Shown here piece after piece: positions 22,831 to 33,703 of a DNA stretch of 33,703 nucleotides. The stretch comes from an uncultured Ureaplasma sp. Its GTDB lineage: Bacteria > Bacillota_I > Bacilli_A > Mycoplasmatales > Mycoplasmoidaceae. The number at the start of each line of letters is the position of its first letter. The stretch's first letter is position 1. The stretch spans positions 1 through 33,703 of the forward strand of contig CAJUTA010000028.1 of NCBI GenBank assembly GCA_910589685.1, read 5' to 3'. The translations under genes and the position numbers were made by a program. The notes beneath the pieces were generated by a model. That model had not been told where the DNA came from and searched no databases. It saw only the letters and a program-made list of their open reading frames with translations.

Positions 22831-24084
22831 ATGAGTAATAATTCAAATAAACAAAATCTATCAGATTATGTTGCATCATCATTAAATCAAAAATTAAATA
22901 TCAAAGATAGAGTTGATGTTGATAAAAATGATGTTGCAAAAAATGATGAAAATGATAAAGCAAAAAATAAAAAAACATTTAAACAAAAATGAAATGAACA
23001 AAAAGTAGATAAGAAATACATTGATGAATCTAAAAATTGAACGGATATTTTCAAACGAAGTATTCTTGGTTCTATAATTGGTTCAAATAGTGTAGTTTAT
23101 GGATCATCATCTAGTTTATATGCATATCAAATGAAAAACTATTATGATGTTGTTGATGGATGATGCAATTTTTTTAGTCCAAAAAGTTTTAGAGACTGAT
23201 TATGAAAATTAGTTTGAATATTACCATTCTTATTGGCATTCATAACTGCTATTATAGTTATTTATGCAATTGATTCTGCTATTTTCGCTAGTGGTTATGA
23301 ATTATCACTAATATTTTTATTTATTGGAATTAATATTATTGGTTTATTTTTCTTAATATTAAATCCGAAAAAAAGACCACAAAATTTCTTCAAAAAAAAT
23401 GAAGTTAATTGAAAACAAATAGTTTTATTTTTTACATCAATATTTGTAATATTTGGAATTGCTTTTGCAGCAAGATATGCATGAATACAAGAATATCCAT
23501 TTAGTCACTTGACTTATCAACAAGTAAATGATATTAATCAAAATACAATTGTTTCTGAAATTATCAAAAATAATTCCATTAGTACATCATATGCAATTCA
23601 AATTATTATTGCTGGATTTTTAGCAGGATTAACAACATTCATACCTGGAACAAGTGGAACATTTATGTTAGCTGTAATTGGTTCTAATTCATTCATTAAT
23701 ACTGCAACAAGATTTGCTTTTGGTGGTTATACAAATGGAATTGATGGAATTAGTTTAAGTTGAGCATGATCAACAATTGTTATTACATTATTCGGAATAG
23801 TTCTAGGTTTTATTGCTTCTGCTTTTGGAACAAGATATTTAATGAATAAATTTGAAAATTCATACAAAACAATGAATTTAGGATTTAGTATAATTCTTGT
23901 TATTTCAATTTTTATCTCATTACAAAATATCAACTACACAGCAATTAATATGAATAGTGGATTACTAATAAGTTGTCTTGTCTTATTATTAATTCCAACA
24001 ATTGTTGGATGTGGTTTGTTGGGATGATTTAAAAAAGAAGAGTTAGTAAATATTGTTAATAGTTTTAAAACTAAAGAAATTTAA
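22831..24084 (+). CDS. DUF368 family membrane protein (putative polyprenyl-phosphate translocase, 417 aa)
   Basis: Repeat motif FIPGTSGTFMLAVIG and a degenerate first copy GSNSVVYGSSSS...YYDVV. Multiple TM helices and a charged N-terminal extension. Confidence 0.72.
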
Positions 24085-24086
24085 TT

Positions 24087-24890
24087 ATGAGAACGATATT
24101 AGGAAATATCATTCAAGCAAATAAAATCTTTAAGATGATTAAAAACAAAGATCGAATTGCTATTGGAGTTAGTGGTGGAAAAGATTCGATGTGTTTGTTG
24201 TATGCATTATCACTATACAAAAAACGTCTTAAAGAAAAAATGAATTGAGATATTGAAATTATTGGTATTCATTTAAAAATGAATCTGTGTGCAATAGACT
24301 ATGAACCAATTATTGAATATTGAGAAAAGCAAGGCATTAAATTTGTAATTGTCCCTACAAAAATGGGAGAAATTTTACGAGCAAATATGAAAAAACAAAA
24401 AATTCAATGTTCTTTATGTTCAAAAATGAAAAAGGCAATTTTAATTGATGAGGCTAAAAAGTACAATTGCAATAAAATTGCAATGGGTCATCATGCAGAT
24501 GATGCTATTGAAACATTGTTTATGAATATGATCAATGAAGGTAGAATTGCTACTTTTAAACCCATTACATATTTAGATAGGTCAGATATGACTTTTATTC
24601 GTCCGTTAATTTTGGCTCGTGAAAGTGATTTAAAAAAATCTGCCAAAAAATTAAACATTCCTGTTGTTCCTTGTGGATGTCCAATGGAAGGATTCACTAG
24701 TAGAGATAGTATGAAAGATTTCTTGCAATCAAAAATCTATAGTATACCTAAAACTAAAGTTGCATATAACAATTTTTTTATTGCATTGATGAATGGAAAA
24801 AATTCTGATTTGTGGTTTATTGATGAAAATGACAAAATTAAACGTGATGATTTACGTGAATTATCAAAAAATGATGGAGAAATTGTTTAA
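24087..24890 (+). CDS. ttcA: tRNA 2-thiocytidine biosynthesis TtcA family protein
   Basis: PP-loop GVSGGKDS, CSLCSKMKK, KIAMGHHADDAIET, IRPL, PCGCP. Confidence 0.87.
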
Positions 24891-24965
24891 TTATCGTAAT
24901 TTTCAAATTTATAAAATAAAATTAGATAAATAGAATTAAAAATATAATTTAAGGAAATATAAACT

Positions 24966-26231
24966 GTGAAATTTAATAGTTTAAAAGTTGTTGATCAACT
25001 AAATGTAAAAGATAAATGCGTATTTTTACGTCTAGACTTAAATGTTCCAATTATCAAAGGAAAAATTACATCATTCAAACGTATCAATGAAACAATTAAA
25101 ACAATTGATTATTTGATTAATGAAGGTGCAAAAGTTGTTATATTATCACATTTTGGTAGACCTAAATCAATTGAAGATGTCGAATCAGGAAAATTTACAT
25201 TAGCTCCAGTTGCTAAAGAATTATTTAAAAAAATTCATGGAGCTAAAAATTGTAAATTTATTGAAAAAAGTACTGGAAAAGAAGTAGAAGATGAAATTAA
25301 AAAAATGAAATCAGGTGATGTTCTAGTTCTTGAGAACACACGTTTCAATGATATTTCACCAAAAACTAAAAAATTAGTTAACAATGAATCTGAAAATTCT
25401 GAAGAATTAGCTAAATATTGAGCAAGTTTATGTGATGCATTTGTTAATGATGCTTTTGGTGCTGCTCACCGTAAACATGCATCAACTTATGGAATCGCAT
25501 CATTTCAAAAAAATAATGCAATCGGTTTTTTAATGCGTAATGAATTAGAAATGCTTAACAAAGTTGTTTCAAGTGCTAAATCTCCGTTTGTTGTTATCTT
25601 TGGTGGAGCTAAAATTAGTGACAAACTAAAAGCTGTAAATGCTGTTATAAATAGAGCTGATAAAGTTATCGTTTCTGGTGGAATGGCATATACATTTGTT
25701 GCTGCACAAGGATTTGATGTTGGGAAATCAATGGTAGAAGAATCAATGATTCCAATTGCTAAAGAATTAATGGAAAAATATAAAGATAAACTTTGTATTT
25801 CAAGCGATTTTATGTGTTCTCCAACATTTAGTGATACAAAACCTGAATACCGTACACAAGAAGAAGGTATGAAAGGTTTGATGGGCTTAGACATTGGAAA
25901 ACGTTCTATTAAAGAATTTGTAAAAATTATCAACACTGCTAACACAATTTTATGAAATGGACCAATGGGTGTAACTGAGTTTAGCCATTATGAAAATGGT
26001 ACTAATGAAATTTGTGAAGCAATTGCAAAACGTACAGAAGCTGGAGCATTCACTGTAATTGGTGGTGGAGATTCTGCTGCTGCTGCTGAAAAATTAAACA
26101 AAGAATCATCATTCACATTTATTTCAACTGGTGGTGGAGCATCATTACGTCTTATTGAAGGTAGTGGATTAGATGCTCTAGGATCAATTTCAAAAAAGAC
26201 TCCTTGATGAAATATTTTTAAAAGAAAATAA
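24966..26231 (+). CDS. pgk: Phosphoglycerate kinase
   Basis: RLDLNVP, SHFGRP, LENTRF, VNDAFGAAHRKHAS, GGAKISDK, WNGPMG, GGGDS, STGGGAS. Ends at TAA 26229-26231. Confidence 0.96.
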
Positions 26232-26253
26232 TAAAAACAAGAAAGAGAAAAAA

Positions 26254-26967
26254 ATGACTCCGCACAATAATGCTAAAAAAGATGATATTGCTAAAGTAGT
26301 TTTAATGCCTGGTGATCCATTACGTGCAAAATGAATTGCTGAAAACTTTTTAGATGATGCAAAGTGTGTTCAGGATGTTAGAGGAATGTTTGCATTTACT
26401 GGAACATACAAAAATAAAAAAATAACTATTATGGCTCATGGAATGGGAATACCATCAATTGGAATTTATAGTTATGAATTATTTAAATTTTATGATGTTG
26501 ATACAATTATAAGAATTGGATCAGCTGGTGCATATTCAAAAAATGTAAAAGTTAATGATGTAATTCTAGTGAATGAGGCATATAGCGAATCAACTTATGC
26601 TGATTTGATAGGATTAGATGTGAGAGAAAATATAATTGAATCTCCAACTGAAAATTTAAATAAAACAATTGAAGATACTGCGAAAGAATTAAATATAGAT
26701 TTAGTAATTGGACGTTGTCATAGCTCTGATGTGTTTTATCGAAATATTAGTTTGGATAAACTAGTAGAAACAACAAAATCAATTTGTGTAGAAATGGAAG
26801 CTTTCGCTTTATTTGCTAATGCGAAAATATTAAATAAAAATGCTGCAACTATTTTAACTTGTAGTGATTCATTAGTTACTGGAGAATCTTTAGAACCAGA
26901 ACTACGACAAACATCATTCAAAAAAATGGTTTTACTTGCTTTAGAAAGTGCTATAAAATATATATAA
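26254..26967 (+). CDS. deoD: Purine nucleoside phosphorylase
   Basis: MTPHNNA, LMPGDPLRAKWIAE, HGMGIPS, RIGSAG, VEME. Confidence 0.96.
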
Positions 26968-27003
26968 TATTTCTAAAACAATTTTATAAAGGTATTTAAT
27001 AAA

Positions 27004-27318
27004 ATGTCTGATTCAAAAAACAAACCAATGACTCGTACAGAGATGATTCAAAAAATTAATCAATTAACTGGAGTTAGTATTTCAATGATTAAAGATGTCA
27101 TTACTCAATACGAAAATGTAATTTTGCTTGACTTAGCTTTAAATCATGAAAGTAAAGTTGGGTGTATTGGAAAAATTAAAATTAAAGAAAATAAATCTAG
27201 AGTTGGTTTGAACCCTACTACTGGTGAAAAAATTATTATCCCTGCTAAAATTACTCCTAAGTTTTCATTTAGTAAAGGGTTAAAAGAATACATTTCTAAA
27301 AAAATTAAATTAGTTTAA
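27004..27318 (+). CDS. hup: HU family DNA-binding protein
   Basis: MTRTEMI...RVGLNPTTGEKIIIPAKITPKF. Confidence 0.92.
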   Translation: MSDSKNKPMTRTEMIQKINQLTGVSISMIKDVITQYENVILLDLALNHESKVGCIGKIKIKENKSRVGLNPTTGEKIIIPAKITPKFSFSKGLKEYISKKIKLV

Positions 27319-27334
27319 TTTTGCTATTTATTAC

Positions 27335-27368
27335 AAAAACACATTGCTTTAATTAGTGATGTGTTTTT
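27335..27368. terminator. Intrinsic terminator between convergent hup and recU (overlaps the recU stop)
   Basis: AAAAACACAT...ATGTGTTTTT stem extended by G-U pairs. Confidence 0.7.
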
Positions 27369-27844
27369 ATTATACTAACAATGTCTATTCAACCTGGAAA
27401 TTGAACTTTCAGTTCTTTTCCATATTTTTCAAATCATTCTAATTTTAATCTTTTAGCACCACCGTTATATTTACAATAATTTTTTCAATCAATTATAAAA
27501 ATCCTATTATAAGTTTTGAAACCAAAAATTAAAAAACCAAATCCATTCATTTCATTAACCAAATTCAAAAAATTAATTTGATTAATTGATAATCTATCAG
27601 TTGCAAAAATATTACCAAGACATTGTTTGGCTTCAAAAGCAAAGAATTTACCTTTATAGCAACCATAATAATCAACATCACACTTATGAGATAAAGACGC
27701 CTTCATATTACGTCCCTCGATATGATGAATTTTAATAGGCACTCATTGTTTTCTAATAATTGCAATTTTATGAGACTCATAATAATGTATACTATTATTT
27801 ATGAGGGATTCTAAATACATTCCTTTATTTGCATTTGTTTTCAT
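27353..27844 (-). CDS. recU: Holliday junction resolvase RecU
   Basis: ANKGMYLESLIN, VDYYGCYKGKFFAFEAK, QINFL, GFGFLI. Confidence 0.93.
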
Positions 27845-27903
27845 ATTTATAATTAATATGAATAAAATAAAAATTACTATTTAATTTTTAAAAAGGATAT
27901 TAT

Positions 27904-28470
27904 ATGGCTACAATTTTTCAAGCTAAGGATTTAAGACCAGGTCACACATTTATTTATAAAAATAATATTTACCAAGTAATTGAAAACTCGTTCAACAAAA
28001 CAGCTATGCGTGAAGGTATTGTTAAATGTAAAGTTAAAAATTTAAGAACTGGAGCAATTACGATTGAAGTCTTAACAGGTGAAAAACTTGAACAAGCTCC
28101 AATTGAAACTATTCAAATGGTTTATAGTTATGATGATGGTGTAAATCTAGTTTTTATGAATAATGAAACATTTGAACAAATTGAAATACCTAAAGAAAAA
28201 ATGAAATGAGAAATGAATTTTATCTCTGACGGTGTTGAAGTTAACATTATGAGATATGGTGATGAATTATTAGGAGCAACTTTACCTGATCAAGTTCCAT
28301 TAAAAATAAAAGAAGCAGAAGAAGCTGTTCAAGGCAATACTGTACAAAATGTTACAAAAAAAGCATGACTTGAAACAGGTTGAGAAATTCAAGTTCCACA
28401 ATTTATTAAAACAGGTGAAATTGTTTTAATTCGAACAAGCGATGGAGAATATGTAGGTCGAGCAAAATAA
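27904..28470 (+). CDS. efp: Elongation factor P
   Basis: [56 protein letters not shown]. Confidence 0.96.
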
Positions 28471-28515
28471 TTTGTTCAAATAAAAAATAAGATTGTTCTA
28501 AGGATTTAAAAAAAT

Positions 28516-28920
28516 ATGGATAAAAATATTATTAACTGTCCACAATGAAAAAAACGTGTACGCGCAATGCAATTTATTTACAGTCAATTGATTTTAGACG
28601 ATTCATGTGAAATTGCCAAAAAAATTGCATACCAAGATTATTTAGTTATTGGTGCAGATTTTTTAAATCTTTTAGAATATTTTGTTTCAAATAAAAGACA
28701 AATTATTAATGAAATAGAAAAGTATCTCGATAAAAAATGAAACTTTGATCGACTGAATTATGTTGATCAAGCAATTCTTATTTTGGGATACATTGAATAC
28801 AAACTTACAAAAAATGACAAATCTATAATTATTGATCAAGCAATAATTACTGCTAAGAATTATTCTGGTGAAGATAATTATAAGTATATTAATGCTATTT
28901 TAAATAATATAATTCAGTAG
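28516..28920 (+). CDS. nusB: Transcription antitermination factor NusB
   Basis: KKRVRAMQFIY, WNFDRLNYVDQAIL, IIDQAIITAKNY, YINAILN. Follows efp. Confidence 0.9.
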
Positions 28921-29664
28921 ATGCTAATTTATAGTAAAAAGAAAAAAGAAAATACATTAAGTTTCTATGAAGATGATGCACATCATCTTATTAATGTTTT
29001 GCATAAAAAAATTGGTGATAATGTTAATTGCTCATTTGATCAAAAAAAATATATTGCAAAAATAATCAATATAAGTCCACTACTTGCAGAAATTCAAAGC
29101 AAAATTGTAGAAGAAAATTTTGAAGTACCTCATATTGACTTATTTCAAGCAATAATAAAACCTAATCATTTTGATTGAATTGCTCAAAAAGCTACTGAAT
29201 TGCAAACAAATATGATTTTCCCAATCTTGATGAATCGTAGCCAATCCAATCGAGATATTAATACAAATCATGTAAGTAATGTTATAAAAAATGCTGGAAT
29301 GCAATCCAATCAATCTAATCTAACAAAACTAAATAGAACAATAAATTCTAAAGAAATGTTCAAATTATTAAATGATTACGACTATGTTATTGTTCCATAT
29401 GAAAAAGAAAATAACAATTCATTAACAAATTTATTAAATAAATTAACCTATAAAAAAGGCAATAAAATTGCAGTGGTTGTTGGTCCAGAAGGTGGATATA
29501 GCGAAGATGAAATTAAATCATTTTCAACATTAAAAAGTGAGTTTTATTTTGTTAGTTTAACAAAATCAATTTTGAGAAGCGAAACTGCAAGCTTATATAC
29601 AATTGCAGTAATAATTGATAATTTACAAATGAAAATAAATTGTGATGGTAATAAGAGTGAATAA
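28921..29664 (+). CDS. rsmE: 16S rRNA m3U1498 methyltransferase
   Basis: HHLINVL, WIAQKATEL, VVGPEGGYS, ILRSETA. Confidence 0.93.
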
Positions 29665-30205
29665 TAAACTTAAAACATTTAATTTTAATTTAATATTCAA
29701 TATTATAAATGTATTAATTAGTTCATTGATTTTAATGATTCCAATGATTATTTTTGCTGTTAATTATCAAAATCAACCAAATAGTTATGATTTATTTAGA
29801 CCTGGTTTTGATCAAACAAGAAATCTAATTTTATCAATTGTTATGACAATTGTTTCAATTAGTCTAATTTGTGCTAATGGTTACCGAATGTGAGAAAATT
29901 TCAAAACATTAATAAATAAAAAATGATTTAACAAAGATTATAAATGAGTAACAAGTCTTGTAATGATTTCTGTTATTGGATTAATTTTATATTTAGTTGC
30001 ATTTTTTACGATTTGACTTTACTCTATGCCTAATGTTAATACAAATCAAATCACTACTTATAATTGAAAAAGATTGCTTGCATATATCATCACTTATTGT
30101 GCGTTAACATTCTGTATTTTAATGTTGTTAATAGTGTTATCAATATTAACAAAGAAAAGAATAATCCAACATTCTAATAATAGTGAGAGTGCTAAAAATG
30201 GATAG
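29645..30205 (+). CDS. Hypothetical 4-TM membrane protein (about 186 aa, start uncertain)
   Basis: Open with TGA=Trp to TAG 30203-30205. Four hydrophobic segments. Overlaps both neighbours. Confidence 0.7.
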
Positions 30206-31502
30206 ACAAAGTTTATCAACATTTTATGCTATAACATTGGGTTGCAAAGTTAACACTTATGAAACAAATATCATTGCAAATGATTTGATAGCAGAAGGAT
30301 TAATTCAAATTGATGATTTTAGCAAATGTGATGTAGCAATTGTAAACACATGTAGTGTGACAAATACAGCAGATAGCAAATCAAGAAACACAATAAGTAA
30401 AATTCGTCGTGCCAATCCAAATGCAATTATTATTGTTTGTGGATGTTATAGTCAAGTAGCAAGTGAAACTTTAAAATCAAAGTATGGAATAAATATTTTG
30501 ATTGGTAATAAATATAAAAATAATATTATTAAATTAATTGATGAATTTTTAATAAATGAAAAACAAATTGTTCGAGTTGAAAATTTACTTCTTGAAAAAG
30601 AATTTGAAGAAACTAGTGTAGATGTTTATACAAATCAAACTCGGGCATTTGTAAAAATTCAAGATGGTTGTAACTTTATGTGCAGCTATTGTATTATTCC
30701 TTTTACACGTGGTCGACAAAGATCAAAAAAAATGTCTATCATTATTGATGAAATTAAAACTTTAGTTGCAAACAATTATAAAGAAATAGTATTAACTGGT
30801 GTAAATACTGCTGGTTATAATGATTCTGAAAATAATTTTTACACATTGCTAAAAGAAATAAACAAATTAGAAGGCAATTTCCGTGTCAGAATTTCATCTG
30901 TGGAGCCTTTTCAAATTAGTGATGAAATTATTCAATTGATTTGCAAAAATAAAAATCGTTTTGCTCAGCATTGACATATTTGTTTGCAATCTGGTTCAGA
31001 TAATGTTCTAGAGAAAATGAATAGAAAATACAACTCGGAACAATTTAAAAATCTCATTAGCAAAATTTATAAATTAAATCCAAATACAGCAATTACAACA
31101 GATGTTATTGCTGCTTTTCCAACTGAAACTGATTTTGATCATAAAAATACTATTGAATTTATTAAAGAAATTGGTTTTAGTAAATTACATATTTTCCCCT
31201 ACTCAAGACGTAGCTATACACCTGCGGCAAAACTTCAACAAATAAATCAAACAATTGTAGATCAAAGAATGAAAGATTTATTGCAATTGAATATTGAACT
31301 AGGCAATATTTTCAATAAAAGATTCATAAATAAAATTGTTGATGTGCTTTTTGAAACATATGATGGTGAAATTAATTCAGGTTATTCTAGTGAATATATT
31401 AGAGTTGATGTAAATAGCAAAATAAACTATTCAAATCAAATAAAAAAAGTAAAAATTACTAAAGTAATAATGAATCATATTATCGGGGAAATTGCCGAAT
31501 AA
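30198..31502 (+). CDS. mtaB: tRNA t6A37 methylthiotransferase (radical SAM)
   Basis: [58 protein letters not shown]. Follows rsmE. Confidence 0.92.
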
Positions 31503-31584
31503 AACTAAAAAAAGATAATTATAATTTATATTTTTTTCAATTATTAATAGTTATATAATTAGGTTGTTAAAAGAGGTTTTATTT

Positions 31585-33579
31585 ATGAAAAAAAGACTAT
31601 CAATAGCAATTGGGTTGGGACTATTTGCAAGTGCAATAACTTTACCAGTTGTATTATCATCTTGTAAATCTAGTGAAGTGCAAAATGTTGTTAAAGAATT
31701 TGATTATAAGAATGTTGCTTTTATTGCCAAAGTAGAAAATTCATTAAATAATGCACGAATAAATAATGGACAAATCATTGTTGATGCAAATGAAAATATT
31801 AATGCAATAAATGACTTAAATACAAAAATTAAGTCATTATCTATTATTGATTTTCAATCTGAAATTGATCAATTGTGACAGCACATTTATCATGTAATGT
31901 TATCTAGTGACAGTGCAACAAAAATATCTAAAAATGTTTTGAATCCAATTCAATTAAAATCTATCAATATTCTTGAAAATGGTAGTATTGAATTAATTGC
32001 AAATATTACTTATGATATTGGGAATTCATCTAATATTGAAACTGAAGTAAAAGAAAAAGTTTTAAAATTAAACCCTAAATTTATAGGAAAAGATGAATTA
32101 ATTAATCAAGCAGAAGAATTCAAAAAAATTGAAAAAAATAATAATTTGGAACTTGAACAAGATTTTAATGTTATTAAAAAATTATATTTAGGTAATGCAA
32201 CAAATAATTGAAATATTGAAAATAAATATAGTAATTTTGATTACAATGATCCTGCGCAAAAAAATCAAGGATTGATTAATTATATGAATAATTTCAATAA
32301 TAATGTTAATTCACTAGCAAAAATATCTGGATTTGAAATTAATTTAAGTGATGCCTCATATGGTCAAAATGTTCAAGTGAAAAATTTTTGAATACCATCT
32401 ATGACATTATCTTCTATTTATTTTCCAACATTAGATAAAAACAACACAAATCCAAGTTTGGATATAAATTCAATTTCATCTGATAATAACCAAGATAATA
32501 AGCCAGAAATAAATCAAAATGATGTAATAAACAAATTGAATCCTAAATTTGAAAAACTAAGTGATGTTGGATTTAATTATTTAACAAGTATTTTGAAAGA
32601 AACAAATAATAGTTCAATCGATGAAAAAATTGATATTTTAAATAATCTTACAGGTATTCAAATAATTACAGATACTGTTAGATCTATTGAATTTGACTTA
32701 AATAATGCAAATATTACTAGAAAAAGTAACAAAAATTACATTTTAGTTAAAATTGAATTTAATGAAAAAGCAAATAAATTAGCTGATTTGACTTATGAAA
32801 TTAAATTATATAGTCAATGATTCAATGAAAATCCAAATTATGAAGGAACAAGTATTGATAATACAACAAATCCTAATCCAGATACTAATACAAAGCCAGA
32901 TAATGAAACAAAACCTCCTGTATCTGAACCTGAAAAGCCTAGCATTCCAGATAAACCAAATGTTGCGCCGCCTACTAAACCGAGTTTAGATAATGAATTA
33001 AGTATAACTTCTAGTAAAGAAGAATACATTGAAGGTGAAACAATTTCAGTAGTAGCATCATTTAAAAATGAAATTGATTTAAAAGATGCGACATTAATAT
33101 GATCTCAAGATGATAATGAAATCAAGAGAACTATTTATAAAGATAAAAATGATTTGACTTTGACAAAAACTAATTCTAATTTTGATGATCAAGGTGAATA
33201 TTCATTAGAAATAATTTTAAAAGATGGAACAAAGTTTTCTTCACAATACATTTCAATAATTGTTAGTCAATATTCAGTCACTATTACACCAAATACTGAT
33301 ACATTAATTGTTAAAGAAACATTAGTTGTTGAATCTAAATTTACAAACTTTAATGAAAATGATGTTCTAAAATACGTTTGATACCGTGTTATACCAGGAA
33401 AATCTCCAAAACCTTTGATTAATAAAAATGAAAAAACATTAAAGCAAAAAATGCATTTAGTAGACTGAGATAATAATGAAATATATTTAAAGATTATTTT
33501 AAAAAATGAAGATATTGTTGTATCCAACTCAATAACTATTAATGTTAGATCTCAAAATGCAAAACCATTAAATAAATAA
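31585..33579 (+). CDS. Surface lipoprotein (664 aa) with Pro-rich linker and two C-terminal Ig-like domains
   Basis: Signal MKKRLSIAIGLGLFASAITLPVVLSS-C (lipobox). SD AGAGG and TATAAT 31554-31559 upstream. One frame through TGA codons to TAA 33577-33579. Confidence 0.88.
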
Positions 33580-33703
33580 AATTAATTAAATATATCATTG
33601 TAACCAACTTCAACCCGCTACCAAATGGCGTTTCAAACAACGTTACTTTACACAAAGCATTCGCAAACTGTGTGAACCTTGAAACTGTTGATCTAGAAAA
33701 AAC
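33576..33703 (+). other. Start-less leucine-rich-repeat (BspA/DUF285-like) coding fragment running off the window end
   Basis: Frame 3 reads ...VTNFNPLPNGVSNNVTLHKAFANCVNLETVDLEK. No ATG, GTG or TTG between the upstream TAA (33573) and the motif. Confidence 0.5.

Noticed and set aside
19483..27844. ruvA, ruvB, dinB and recU close together as a possible repair island or SOS regulon
   Set aside because: They lie in different orientations, mixed with housekeeping genes, and I saw no shared upstream box.
336..33527. Short antisense or alternate-frame ORFs in the track (e.g. 336-584, 1838-2077, 5804-6109, 10731-10949, 25505-25945, 33267-33527)
   Set aside because: They lie within well-supported genes and carry no motifs. 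They are shadow ORFs.
1..33703. Apparent widespread gene fragmentation or pseudogenes in the ORF track
   Set aside because: The breaks fall at TGA codons at Trp-compatible positions and the frames continue. This is genetic code 4, not decay. Only tlyA has a true TAA break.
33580..33703. Higher-GC tail as a tRNA or other structured RNA
   Set aside because: No cloverleaf or T-loop motif on either strand. An LRR-like reading frame explains it better.

Overview
Very AT-rich Mollicute chromosome segment using genetic code 4 (TGA=Trp). The supplied ORF track breaks most genes at TGA, so I re-read them through TGA by hand. From memory, S15, YebC and EF-P most resemble Ureaplasma-group (Mycoplasmoidaceae) proteins. 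The window is gene-dense and mostly housekeeping: DEAD-box helicase, rpsO, yebC, rpmB, fakA-plsX-rnc-APC permease-rpmG-secE-nusG-ZIP, acpS, rnhC, rpe, Cof-HAD, truB-ribF-ruvAB, dinB, tlyA, DUF368-ttcA, pgk-deoD-HU, recU, efp-nusB-rsmE-mtaB and a large lipoprotein. I saw no rRNA, tRNA, CRISPR array or IS element. The most interesting items are: (1) a four-gene accessory cluster at 15174-17560 (double Zn-ribbon, degenerate rhodanese, Panacea/DUF4065 antitoxin, DUF2156) with no recognisable toxin; (2) a 664-aa lipoprotein with a Pro-rich stalk and two Cys-free Ig-like domains, one carrying an antibody framework-2-like motif (WYRVIPGKSPKPLI); (3) a start-less LRR fragment of higher GC directly after it; (4) an in-frame TAA in tlyA ahead of its catalytic Glu; (5) a candidate rpsO leader pseudoknot whose loop pairs with the Shine-Dalgarno; (6) a DUF368 lipid-carrier translocase homologue in a wall-less organism.
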